Origin: Chrysomallon squamiferum
Lineage: Eukaryota > Animalia > Mollusca
Assembly (NCBI GenBank): GCA_012295275.1
Contig: CM022671.1
Location: forward strand, 3,100,001 to 3,164,000
Direction: 5' to 3'
Length of the DNA: 64,000 nt
Shown in pieces: positions 40,079 to 53,523 of this stretch. Both the position numbers and the translations under genes were made by a program. Each line of letters opens with the position of its first letter. The first letter of the stretch is position 1. The notes beneath the pieces were generated by a model. The model was not told where the DNA came from. It searched no databases and worked only from the letters and a program-made list of their open reading frames with translations.

Positions 40079-40689
40079 TGGAGAAAGAGAGAGAAGAATG
40101 ATTGAGAGAGTAAGAAAAATAATGAGTCAGACAGATAAAAGAAAAATTAAAAAAAAAAAAAAAAAAATGGAGGAGAAAGAGAAAGCCAGACAGAGATAGA
40201 ACAAACAAAACCAAGAAACAAACAAAAGAAGAAAAAAAAGAAAAGAAACAGAAACAGTCATAAAGAAAAAGAACGACAGTGACAGAGACTAAGAAAAATA
40301 ATGAGAGAGACAATGAGAGAAATTCATCGCAATAAACAAGACGTAAAAACAGTTTTTATCACACTGGGTGGTGATAACAATTAACTGAATCTTCAACGAA
40401 TTACATACGAGTTTACATACAAATATCACAAATGAATACAAAACATGGGTACATGCAAAAAGCTTGTTTACCATTCGAGTAAGCTTATAAACAAAAATTA
40501 TTAGCAATCTGTTTAAGCAAAATGCAAGTTTATACACACACATATTTGTACATGAATATACGAGTAGAATATGAACACATCGGCACAAAAAAGAAATATA
40601 AAACAAAACATAAAATACACACATCCACGTACACACGTACACACACACGTACACACGTACACACAGCTATCAGCTAACTAGACTCAGAA

Positions 40690-41068
40690 GTGTTTTATCA
40701 TGCGAGTGGTAATGGCGCATAATTGAATATTTTGTTAACGGATTTCGGTGTCGGGCTTCCATCCAGTGACTCGTCACAAGCCGAGCTGACAGCTACCTGC
40801 TTTAAATTACCCTCCCCGGGCTGTGTTGGGCAACGTCCACAATGACGCTCACGGCTCCATGTCGACGGGAACAGCAGCGGTGCGGGGTGCCCTTTGTGTC
40901 GAGCGAAACCTGATCGAGTAGGTGTGTGTGCGAGGAGCGACACGGCAGGGTGAGCATCAAAGAGAGTGAGGCGGGGGGGGGAGGTTTTCTCAAACTGTCA
41001 ACACAAAGTGATTCCAGCCGTAAACAAGTCAAAAATGACGTCCCTCGCCGTAGTTTCGTATCAGTCCT
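40690..41068. promoter_or_regulatory. GC/CpG-rich intronic island, candidate Wnt16 enhancer
   Basis: Sharp compositional island containing TCF/Sox-like (CATCAAAG, CCTTTGTG, CACAAAG), Fox (GTAAACAA), TALE (TGACAG, CTGTCA) and CRE-like (TGACGTC) motifs. Confidence 0.45.
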
Positions 41069-41069
41069 T

Positions 41070-41960
41070 TAATTATTAAAATATTTCTGTTTTAGAGTGA
41101 TATTTAAATTGCGTAGGCGTCAAATACATTTTTATACTAGGTCCTACAATTATTGAAATTGTTTTGTTCTAAAAACAATATTTATCTTATGTAAAATCCA
41201 GCATATTTTTATATAATATTTTTTATATAATTATTAAAATATTTATATTTTAAAGCAATATTTAAATTATGTAACATCAAACACATTTTTAAAAAAGACC
41301 TATAATTATTTTTAAAAAACACATTTTTATATAAGTTTTAAAATATTTATATTTTAGAGTAATATTTAAATTATGTAACATCAAACACATTTTTATATAA
41401 GACCTATATTTATTCAAATAAAAATATTTTTAAAGCAATATTTAAATTATGTAATATTTTTTAAAAAAGACCTCTTATGTAACATCAAATACATTTTTAT
41501 ATAAGACCTATAATTATTAAAATAAAAATATATTTTAAAGCAATATTTAAATTATGTAATATCAAACACATTTTTATATAAGACCTCTAATTATTCAAAT
41601 ATTTATATTTTAAAGCAATATTTAAATTATATAACATCAAACACATCAGGCCTTTAATTATTAATATTTTAGATTTTACAGCTCTGTTTAAATTATGCAA
41701 TATTCCACATATTTTTATATAAGACCTATAATTATTAAAAGATTTATATTTTAAAACAATATTTAAATTTTTATTTAAGTCTTTTAATTATTAAAATGTT
41801 TACATTTTAAAAATATATCAGTTCTTTAATTATTAAAATATTTATATCTTGAAATAAATTATTAAATTATTTATATTTTAAAACTATGTAATATATAAGA
41901 CAATATTTTTATATCAATCCTTTGATTATTAAATTATTTATATTTAAATTATATAACATC
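41070..41960. repeat. Very AT-rich degenerate ~75-bp minisatellite
   Basis: aatatttaaattatgtaacatcaaacacatttttatataagacctataattatt units at ~41256, 41361, 41436, 41541, 41616, 41757. Confidence 0.85.
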
Positions 41961-42016
41961 TAGCAAGATCTTTTTGTATTATATTTTCAGTTTCTAAACA
42001 TCTGTATTTGAAAAAC

Positions 42017-42048
<32 letters not shown>

Positions 42049-43099
42049 CTGAAAGACAATAGAAGACTTTATATCTTTAATTTACTGAAATATTTAAATT
42101 TTAGAAACATGTCAAACCTCTTGTTTAATTATTATAATTTATCTGAATATTTTTAATACAAGCATTATTATTAAAAAACATTATAAATATTTACACTGAC
42201 AGTTTTTATTATTATTTTACTATAAACGTATTGTTGTGCTTTAATGCAATAGTTTAAATATAAAGTTGAACTTTGATGTAATAATTAAAATACATTTTGT
42301 TGCATTTTAATACAATAATTAAATCTTTATATTTTAATGTTTGAATTAAATTTATTTTCAAAGTTTAATATCATCATTAAATCCGTCTTTATCGTCATAT
42401 TTATAATTATATTTAATCATAATTATAATCCATACTTTATAATTATAATTACTTAATTAAAATTTATATTTATAATTCATATTTATAAATTTATTATTCT
42501 CTTATAAACACGTTTCAACTTTATCCTTTAGTTTCAAATTAAATTTTTAGAATCGTTTAATTTTAAACAGATATTTAAATTTATCATTATATTTTAGAAT
42601 TATATTTAAATTTATTGTTGAATTTTCAAGAGATATTTAAATGTATCGTTTTATTTCAAATATTATTTAAATTTAAAGTTATATTTAAAGTTATTGTTTA
42701 GGCCTATTATAAATTTATATTTAAATGTAACAGTATTTTAATTATTATTTAAATTTATCATTATATTTTTAATTTATTTTTGAATAGATGTTTATATATT
42801 AAATATATATTTAAAATGTTCTTAATATTTTAAATTAATATTTAAATTTATGTTTCTATTTTAAATTTCTATTTATTTTTTTTCTTTATATTTTAAATTA
42901 AATTTTTTTCTTTATATTCTAAATTTATATTTAAATTTATATTTAAATTTATTTGTAAATTTACCATTATATTTTAAACTTGTGATTGAGTATTTTTATT
43001 GTCTTTATGAAGATGTAGATGTCTAAAAATTCAAGTAATGTATTACACAAACACATACATTTAAAGCAATACAAAAACACACACATAGTTATATGTGTA

Positions 43100-43134
<35 letters not shown>

Positions 43135-44074
43135 TTATTTTTCATTCTATTTTTTAGCTTTTTTATATGAAAGCAATTCCTTCAATTAAGAAAATTATCG
43201 CAGTAAAAATATTTCCGATTAAAAAAAAATTAATTAATTAAAAAGAAAGAAAGAATGAAAAATTAAGTGCCTACATAATTTATTATTCACATATTTCCAA
43301 TTCTGAAAATTTTAAAAAATATAAATAAATAAATAAATATTCATAAAACGAAATCCTAAAAAATCCCATAAAATATGAACTACGGCAAATTTTTTGAAAA
43401 AATAAAAAAGAAAGGAAATGTCGGTTGACGAAATGGTTAAAATGCGCATGCGCCGGTATAGTAGGTGGGCGGGAACTGCTCCAACGTCATGGATAATTAA
43501 TTCAGGCAGAAGTCAAAACAGAGCGAGCACTCTGGGACATATTCGTATAAAACCGATTTACACTCGATATAAAAATAACTTGCTCCTAGTAAAACACAAC
43601 TGGATAAAGTAAAACTTCATTTTAAGTGTCTGATAAACAAACTTCTTTTGACTTAGTTTTGTCACGTTGCTAGACAAGTCTTTATGCGTATTCGCCAACG
43701 CGTATGTGAATATGATATGTTATGAATAAGTAATCCGGGTATCTTTACCTCGCTTTGATCATCAGTCGTGAAGGTTAGAGGTCAAACGTTTATTTGCTGG
43801 ATTGTGTCGAGTTGAAAACGTCTGCTAGCTGTGAAGCGAATTGCAGTTTTGATGTTTGTAAAGGCGAGATACAAGTCGAGGATTCGCGTACATATTTTAT
43901 TTTCTTAGTAACAAAATGAATGTTTTTTTTTGCTGTTCAGTGCAACCAAAATTATATTTGTGTATCTCTTTGTAATCACAAGTGTGTGTGTGTGTGTGTG
44001 TTTGTGTGTGTGCGTGTTACCATAAACTTGTATGCAGGCATACATAATTAAATACCGACAACACAAATATATCG

Positions 44075-44130
<56 letters not shown>

Positions 44131-45344
44131 ATAAATATTATGCAGAAGGAATACATGAATAATTGTTTGTTTAAATATAACTCACTAAATTTCATATTTA
44201 TTAGCTGCATGAGAAAAAAAAAAAGCAAGAAAGAAAAAGAAAAAAAAAAAAAGAAATAGCTATGTTATTCTCTGGATTAAACAAAATTAATAAATAAACA
44301 TTAACTTAAATTATAAGAAAACCAAAACGATTAAAAAAATAAAATTACCAGTAAGGAAAAACACTAAATAAAATGAATTAAACATCTGTGTGCAAGCTAT
44401 AAATATAATAATTATATTTCAGTAATAATATCTATAAGGCTCACATTTGTTTCAAGACATAAATATTTTGAAGTGAATCGGTTGCCACTAGAAAACCATT
44501 TACCACCGAAATTGATCCAAAAAAAAATAAACAAGCAAACAAACAAACAAACAAATAAATAAATAATATAAAACTGTCAGAGGTCCCGGTTGGAACGGGA
44601 TCTAGTTAAGGATACGAGAACAGATGTTGACATAGACTGTACTCGTCCGCTGTTTCGTGTTTGCTGTTTTAGCATCAACTACACAAACGACATTAAGTGC
44701 ATCTCACTAGTTGTTGGGTTTTTTTTAGGTTTTTTTAGTTGTTTTTTTTTTTGTTTTTTTTTACCTCTCACCACGTGATGGAGCATTCTTTAACACTTTC
44801 TGTTTCTTTTTTTTTATTTCAATCTTTCTTCTGATTTGACGCCAAGAATCCTAGAGTAAAATAACTCTTACAGTGACGTGGTAGCTGCAGTTTTTCTCAG
44901 ACGTGGTAATCTTCTTAACACCTAACACGACAATGTCAGCGTCGCGTTCGCTTCACCTTTCGCCGTTAACCACTCACGTTTACAAAAGGTCATTCGGTAA
45001 ACTTCGGTAAACTTCGGTGCGTTAGCGTGGGTGTAATTCACAACAGATTGTAATAGTTTGTGCGTGCGCGAGCTTTGTGCGTTCACAGTGTACAGACGTA
45101 TAGACTACAAATACTGCATATTTGTGCATAGTGCTCGAATGTAAAATGCCATTAAGTTACCTGTACAGTTATAAATACAGATACTTTTAAATACCTTTAC
45201 TGAATGTGTGTTTGTGTGCGCTTGTGCGTTTGCATGTGTATACGCGTGGGTATTATAAGGATATCTGTTTCGTAAACTAAAATAATGTATTCATCAAAAT
45301 ATATATATATATATGTATATTAGTATTAATATACTGTAAAGAGA

Positions 45345-45495
45345 TAACAATGTTTCACATATATGTGTCGTAATAAAATGTCAGCACTGTTTTAAATATA
45401 TAACAGTAAACAGTTAACAACGTTTCACATATATGTGACGTAATAAAATGTCAGCACTGTTTTAAATATATAACAGTAAACAGTTAACAATGTTT
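45345..45495. repeat. 70-bp tandem duplication containing the palindrome CACATATATGTG
   Basis: Two near-identical copies plus a partial third. Confidence 0.9.
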
Positions 45496-46451
45496 TGTAT
45501 ATATATGTGATGTAATGAGGGTTTAACTTTGTTTCACTTAAATTATGATTTAACTCCAACTGACACTGTTTTACATTAATTTTATGATATAGCTTGTTAA
45601 CTTTTCTAATACTATAAACACTGAACATTACTTCACATAATTATGTTAGTATAGTTAACTCAGTGTTTCACATAATTATATGACTGTAATAGGTAACTTG
45701 AGTGATTCTCATTAGATTGTTACATTTGTTTGATAGAGTACATGAATAGTTAACTCTTTCACACATGTGACTAAGCAAATTTAGAAATAGATACATCAAT
45801 GACTGATAAAAAAAAAAAGTAAGATACTGTTAGTATCTCTCAATCCGCATCTCATAAATTATTTATGATATAATTTGTTCAGACTATAATTTTCAGTTTA
45901 CATAATGTTATCGTTATAACAATCAAATCATTTGATGCCATTTAAATTGCTTATTGAATTAGTGTGTGCAGCAGCAGTACATTAACTTGTTTTCATATAT
46001 TCAACTGTTATTACTATGTGCACTGAACTAATTTTCGATATTAAACTCGTATATACGTCATAATTAGTTTTGTATTTGATCTGATGATTAAACTTTACTA
46101 ACAATAAAGTATAAACTTCAGTGATGGAACCATAAACATCCACGTGATTGTTTTGTTTCTATTTTTCACTTAAGAACAATCTTTGTTAATTATAAATTTA
46201 AATATCAACGTGATTGTTTTGTTTGTCCTTTCAGAACAGCCCTGCCAATAATTAAGTATATATTCCAGTTTTATAAAGAAAAGAAAAAAAAAAAAGGTTT
46301 TTATATAGCTCTGCCATTGATTTGTTGTAACGGTAATAAAATATTCACTTTTCTCTTGAGATTTTACAAAATTTAATTACAAATAAATCTTGTATATAAA
46401 TAAATTTCATTATTTGAACTGTTTTTCCGTTTAAGAGTGTATAAAACATTT

Positions 46452-46494
46452 ACATACATACTCACATACATACATACATACATACATACATACA

Positions 46495-46526
<32 letters not shown>

Positions 46527-46530
46527 CATA
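46452..46530. repeat. (CATA)n microsatellite
   Basis: Read directly. Confidence 0.95.
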
Positions 46531-47884
46531 TGTAACAAAACTGTGTAAATATGTAAATAAAACTTTAAACCAATTTAAGATAAAAACAACGCTGAACATA
46601 ACAGTGACGGATTAAACGAACTCGAAAATCTGCTTGGGCAAAATCAAGTTTTACACATGACAAGCGTGTTTGGACAATTTTTCTCATGCTACCACGCTAA
46701 TACTGCAGTAATGACCCACAACCAATACTGGTTTCAATACACAAAGCAGATATTTTAAGGTCAAAGCAGAGTCTTGTTAGAGCTTTGTACAGACATAAAG
46801 AAAACTTACCAGCAACTTGTTATGAATGCAGATATTTCAATTTTGCTATGAAAATATTGAAAAGCTGCCCACTCTGTGTTTTTATTCTCTGAGAGTTATT
46901 TAATTACAGAGTTTATTAGCCTGAATGCAGCGGGACTTGAAAACGGCGTTCCTTCCACAGATAAAGACTTTTTTGTGTGCTCATTTTTATTGCCTTATTC
47001 GCCATTCGCAGTATGTTGCGAATTAAGCATTTCGTCACACATAAATCGCGTTTGCGTTCACTTAAAACTAGCGGTTTGTGTTGAGCATTCGATAACTTTC
47101 CCTGCCTTTAAAGCATCTCGGGTGAAATCGGCTTCCTTTGAAGTTATGCAAATGACCCCCACGTGTTCCCATTCGTTCAACATAAATATTGATCCGCCAT
47201 TAACCTGGCACCGCTGTTTGATCCGCTGAGGACAGGCAGAGAAAATTTAGTGTTCATATGAACGAGCTGAATCTCTGAACTCCCGTCTTACTCACCGTCT
47301 CAAAACCGCTGCATCCGTTTGTGAAAATTCAAGTCATAAACAACAGCGCCGTCTTCTTCATCTTCAGCGCTGTTTTTAAAAACTGCACACAACACATCAA
47401 AAGCCAGCTCATCGCACCGACTGCTGCTTTTAGTTGATCAATGGTTACTAGTCCCTGGTAACACGATTATCCTGAGATCGATCAGGTTTGGAATTATTAT
47501 TTTTTTTTTTAAATAAAAATGTCCAAACATATAATTAGACAATACATTTGCATACACGACCAATATCTCTCTGTTACTTGCGGTTCGTTACATATACCCG
47601 TCTTGCGAGAAGCAGTAAATTGTTTGTGGACGAGTGGTTATGTCGATCAGCGAATTCATGTCCCGTGACAGAGAGATTGTCTAGAAACCCATCTCACCTT
47701 CACCACTTGATGATACTATCTCGAAGACATCTTAAACCTTAAACCTAGACAACTAACGAACCAAAACAATTCACATTTCAGACCGATGTTACTAACGTCC
47801 TTAATAGTGAACTGTACGATATTTTCAGAGCTTCTGTAATTGTAACTGACAAATAATATTGGTGTTGTCATTTTTTTTTGTGTT

Positions 47885-48043
<159 letters not shown>

Positions 48044-50955
48044 CGTTAACAGTTCAAGACACTGGTATCTCCCTTGATGATGTATTATATATCCTCATTT
48101 ACAACAGGGTGTGTCTGTGATCTCGCTCGGTACAAAACTGGGCTGCTGATTTTTTCACCCAACTCGACCCCAGGTGACCTCGTTCACTTTCAGATGTCAG
48201 TATGGATGGTTTATGCTTGTTTCATGTTACAATACCATGCATACAAAATGCCTGCAACATTTTCTGTAACAATAGTCTGAATTCATAAAATAAGAATGCA
48301 AAAAATTCATATTGGATATGCAGCGTATGCAGAAAATACAGTAATGTGTAATATGCATTTATATTTTTTGTTGCATATATATATATATAACATTTTTTGT
48401 GTAACATTTTCATGTTCATTTTCAACTTTCCTAACTGTAAGTCGTATAAACTCGTTTTTTGGTTTGTTTGTTGTTATTGTTTGTTTGGGGTTTTTTTAGG
48501 TGCTTTTTTTTCAAATTACTATTTTTCATTCAATTTTATTAATTAATTACGCAATTAAATTTTGAAACTTAATATTTTATTAATAATGATGTTTGTGTTT
48601 TGTTTTTGTGGGGGTTTGTATGTTTTTTTCTTTTGTTGTTGTTGTTGCTGCTTTTTATATTTTATTTCTTCTCTTTTTTTTTATTTGTTTTCTAAAACAT
48701 TTCATTTTATGGTATATTTTATTTTACTTTATTTTATTTTTTAAACTATTTAATCTTAAAACTTGTTTCACATTTATCCCGAATTACTGACGTAGATTCA
48801 CTCAAAGCCGACATTCTGCCCTTTCCTCGTGTGTTTGTTGGTAACAGCTACAGAGAACGTAGTCAAGAAGTGAATGGAGAGATGATAATTTTCACTCACT
48901 GTTAAATTAAACTTCATAACAAAACGCTCGTAAATTCCTCTTCAGTAAATTGTCTTATCAGTCGCGTACACTGGTGCGCCGGTGGAATGCACTCGCACAC
49001 ACAAAAGACAAGCGAAGCAAGCTGATAAATTTCACCCAATACCAGTTTATGGTTGTCGTTAAGATGACCTTCTATTCGACGCCTGCAACTGCTTAGATAT
49101 ACAGACAACCTTTTGTTCTATACTAGAGAGTAAGTTTGCCATAATGTCGACTTGAAGTCTTTATTGTCGTAAACTTTGAAGGAAAAGAAAATGAAATGTT
49201 TTATGAAAAAGGTTTTCTTTTTTTTCTGTCGTATTTTCGGAGGAAGTTCAAAACTGAAGGTTGTCTTGCTGATAATTATTTGTATATATATTAAGACGAT
49301 GACTGCTTTCCAATTAAAAAAAAAAATCTTGTTTTAAAATTTTTATATAAATATAATGAAAATCGTTTTATTAGCACGTTACAACGACTTTTGTTGCTGT
49401 GGCGACAGCTGCTACTGCAACTACTACTACTACTCTTACAATCACCATAAACACAAGAAACAAAAATATTTTTTAAATAATAATAAAATAACCAGTACCT
49501 CAATGCTCTTGTTTAAAGCATATTTAAAACAGTTTAAGCAGTATGAAGAAATATTTGAAACCAGTGTCTGTCATTCCGTATGGTTTTGTTTTTCAATCAA
49601 TTTGAATTTAATTACTTCAGATGTATTTTTTTTCCCCTCAGTACAAGTGTATAGTAAATCATCACAACCGTTAGACCGGGGCTTTTTTTTTATAGATGTG
49701 GAGCGATAAACAGGATTTACATGTCTGTTATCAAGCTGTAATCTGATACCGGTGTATTTAATAAGACGCATCGAAGTGGTGGAAAATACACTAGAAACAG
49801 TATACTGACAACCTTTTTATAATGGAAACGTCGACAGCAGTATCTTCAATTGTTTGTTAGTAGTATCAAGTACTTGAATAAATATTTTAAATACTCATAT
49901 AGAATATGATTTGTTATTTAGACCAAAAGTTAACTAAAATATTCAGTTATATACATCTTTAGAATGCAGTTATCTCGACAGATGTGTTGGAAGTATAAAT
50001 ACATGTAGTGAATCAAATATTTGTAGTTATAAATACTCGTATAAAGCACATTTAGGCTGCGTGTTCTTGTCAAATCCTTGGTCCTTTAGAATGTATGTTA
50101 TTTACTTCAGATTAAATTATAAAAAAATATATATATACTTATTCAGTACTTTTTAACTTGTTAAAGCTAACTGACTACTACTAATATTAATAATGCTATA
50201 CTTATACTAATGCTAAAACTGTAACAACAACCACTGACACTACCTTAACCATCATTGTTACTGGGTTTCTTTGCTTCTGTTCTTTTTCTTATTTTCTTTT
50301 TTATATTTATTTCTTTTATTTATTATTATTTTTTCTTATTTATGTTGGGTTTTTTGTGGGGGTTTTCTAAAACAAAATCGAAGATGCATTCGAAAGAATA
50401 ATTTTAAACGAATAAAACAAAAATATATAACATCTGACAACAGATTTAGTTACGCAGTGAGTGTCGATTAATCAGGACTATATCTGTGTTAGCCTCATTT
50501 GTACCAAACGATTGCGCTAAACGACACTCCCGGTACCACTTCCGGTAATTATATATCCTGAACGGTTCAGCTTGTTTCTGTTACCGATCCTTGACTAATG
50601 TCATTACAGTTTTCTGTTAAAGAATACTTAGGCCATACTTAGTCTTCGTTCAGAGGGAATATGATATTTCTGTGTATAACAATAGTAGACTAATAAAATA
50701 ATAAAGAAGAGAAAGAAGAAATTACATGATCATAAAAGTATTGAAAATTATCATATGCAGAACAATGGCTCCTGTCATGTGACACTGGCTTTATCGTCAG
50801 GTATCTGGGGAATTCGTTCTGTCCTCAGATTTCAAAGTGAATGCATAATATGAACAATGTGTGTGATGTCATTAAAGAAACCTGCTTAAAGAAATAGCTG
50901 AAATATGTATACAGGCAACAAAAACATTTTGATAAAAGTAAAAAAAGTCACCTAC

Positions 50956-51239
50956 CTTTCTTCCCACCTGGTTGTTATGGAGATTCATTAAGTTACGTAT
51001 ATTCCTCGTGCTCTGGTGGTGAATCGTTTCCGGTGCGTCCACAAACGTCTTGCTGAACCACAGCCCGTACTTGACGTTGTCGCTGCACCCTCCCCACTTC
51101 CAACCTTCGACGTCAGCCTCCCCGTATCTTGACATATCACACGAACAGTCTGTTAGATTCCCCGCCGAGCACGACCTCGTGACGGCGTGCACGACGCCAG
51201 CAGACAGAATAGAGTAGATGAATGCTGTTTCTTTTGTTC
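50956..51239 (-). CDS. WNT16: Wnt16 internal coding exon (exon 3)
   Basis: (G)TKETAFIYSILSAGVVHAVTRSCSAGNLTDCSCD...WKWGGCSDNVKYGLWFSKTFVDA...MNLHNNQVGRK. GTKETAFIY, VTRSCSAGN and G.WFS are Wnt16-type. Acceptor ctgtAG (phase 1), donor AAG|GTAGGT (phase 0). Confidence 0.93.
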
Positions 51240-51404
51240 CTACAGTTTGGAAACAAAAACATTTACTTCAGGATCATATGTATCTTTTACTATTAATTTT
51301 TATTAATTAATTTGTTTCTTTATTCTGGCTGACGTCTAACCAAATGTTTCAGTGTTATATCCCATTTTATAATGTACATTCTTATGCTGTTGTTTGTTTT
51401 ATGA

Positions 51405-51820
51405 CTGTGAAATCAAGGAACAGTTTAATATCACTGTTAATATTCACTGATATTTAAAAGTCACAGTGATTTAAAAAATTAATGTGAATATCAAGCGGTT
51501 TTTGAATATCATTACGAACATCATGTATATTTTAATATTATTTTGAATATCAAATAATAATCTGATAACACGTTGAATATTTTAATATTTTAAAAGCACT
51601 CTAAGGATCAGAAGTATATTAAGAATTCTTTGAATATGAGGTAATATTTTTATAATACTGTGAACATCAAGCAATATTTTCAACACACAATGAACATCAG
51701 AAATATTTAAATAACAATGTGAACATCATGATATTTTTGAAATACTGAAAATCAAAATGTTTAAATAATAGGGTGAACATCATATAATGTTTTGAAAACG
51801 CAGTAAACATCAAAAATACC
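51405..51820. repeat. Degenerate ~29-bp minisatellite with a tgtgaacatca core
   Basis: Cores at ~51483, 51543, 51572, 51630, 51659, 51690, 51718, 51772, 51803. Confidence 0.65.
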
Positions 51821-51866
51821 TTAAGTCAGCTTCCATTAATGTTTTAATTAATAATATTATTGTCAG

Positions 51867-51869
<3 letters not shown>

Positions 51870-51944
<75 letters not shown>
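51870..51944. repeat. (GA)n microsatellite
   Basis: Read directly. Confidence 0.97.
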
Positions 51945-51947
<3 letters not shown>

Positions 51948-52198
51948 TGTGAAGCAGACAGACACACGTTTTCAGTGAGTTATTTCTATCAAGCTAATTC
52001 ACAGTAACACACAGTCGCGTGCCGTCCATCACACACATATTTTATTTACACATCAAAGAGTTTCCGGATTTACAGCCGAACGGAAGAAGTTGGCGAGTAT
52101 GAATGGCGTGTAGTGGAGATGAAAATAACATTTCCTGTTTCTTATCTAATATTATTTTGAGACAAAACCGCAATATGTACAGCCATTCTTTATTAACT

Positions 52199-52237
<39 letters not shown>

Positions 52238-52335
52238 GTGTGTATATATAAATATATACATATATATTTATATATGAGAGTAAAACATTATTGCTTTCTG
52301 TTCAGACTATGTTATTCATAAAATCTGAAAACAAT

Positions 52336-52400
<65 letters not shown>

Positions 52401-53295
52401 CAGCAAGTTCTGAAGTTTCTTGAATTACAGTTATTTGACATAGTTTCGTCAGTTCAGCGTGACTAGAGCGTTACATCATTAACCGCAGAAAATAGACGTA
52501 TCAGAGCACGCGCACGATTTCACCGTGCAGTGGCGTGTGACATCTGTTGCAGCTCGTGTTAAGACGTGAAATACACGTGCAGATGATTTATATACAGGTT
52601 GTAGCGAGCAGAAATACTTTAACATCTGCTAATTGTTTTCTCTGCAAGTGAATCAAACGTACACGAGAAACAAAAACGCAGGGTTAGTGGAATGCAATGA
52701 TTTTCGCACCAGTAGAAAAATGTAGGATTCGACTTGATGAGGCAAAGATAAAAAAACACAAAAAAAAAGTTCAGGTAGTAATTTCAGTGCATTTTCGAGG
52801 ATCTACACTCGGGTGTGGTTACAATGGGAAACAGAAGTTGGCTGCAAAATGAAACAGTCTGAGCGAATCAGACAGTGGTTAAAGAGGTTAGCTCTGCCAG
52901 GCTTCTTCCAAAAGTTGCATTTTATGTGGCGGCAAACAGTTGATTGTTATAAAGTAGTAGTTTATGTGGCGGCGGTAAGCTGATTTTCTGATGTACTTGA
53001 TGTGATGAACGTTAAACTAAAGGATAAAGAGAAAAATAAAGAAACGAGATAATTATAAGTAAAAAAAAAAATCAGTTTTATTTATAACAATGCTGATATG
53101 TTTCATTCTTAACTTATAACTTGCAATGTAAACAGTTATCGCTACTGTAATAACAATTGTTCTAAATCGACTTTCTATGTTATGTTATCAATAACTGATC
53201 CCGATTAATAATTATATACATAATGTTTTTTGCAAAATACGTATTTAGATTTATAACTAACTATAGTTCAGAAGAGTCAGTCCTGCCTTGAGGCA

Positions 53296-53523
53296 ATTTC
53301 CCGATCTATCTGCTGCTCTGACTGATTTGTCAAAAGCCGTGGAAGTTGTTTTATGTCTATGAGAAGGTGCACATGAAAGAACTATTGTTGCTTATTGAAA
53401 CATTTAAAGGAAGCAGCGGGTTTCTTCTTTCATTTACTGTTTGGTTGTTAACACTGTACAACACCAGGTAATCGTAGAGTAAAGAGGTGTAGGCTGTGAC
53501 TTTTAATAAAATATTTCTTCCTT
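53296..53523 (+). mobile_element. Decayed SINE-like element (body and tail)
   Basis: gaaggtgcacatgaaagaactattgttgcttattgaaa...gcagcgggtttcttct...taataaaatatttcttcc, colinear with the 21466 copy. Confidence 0.55.
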
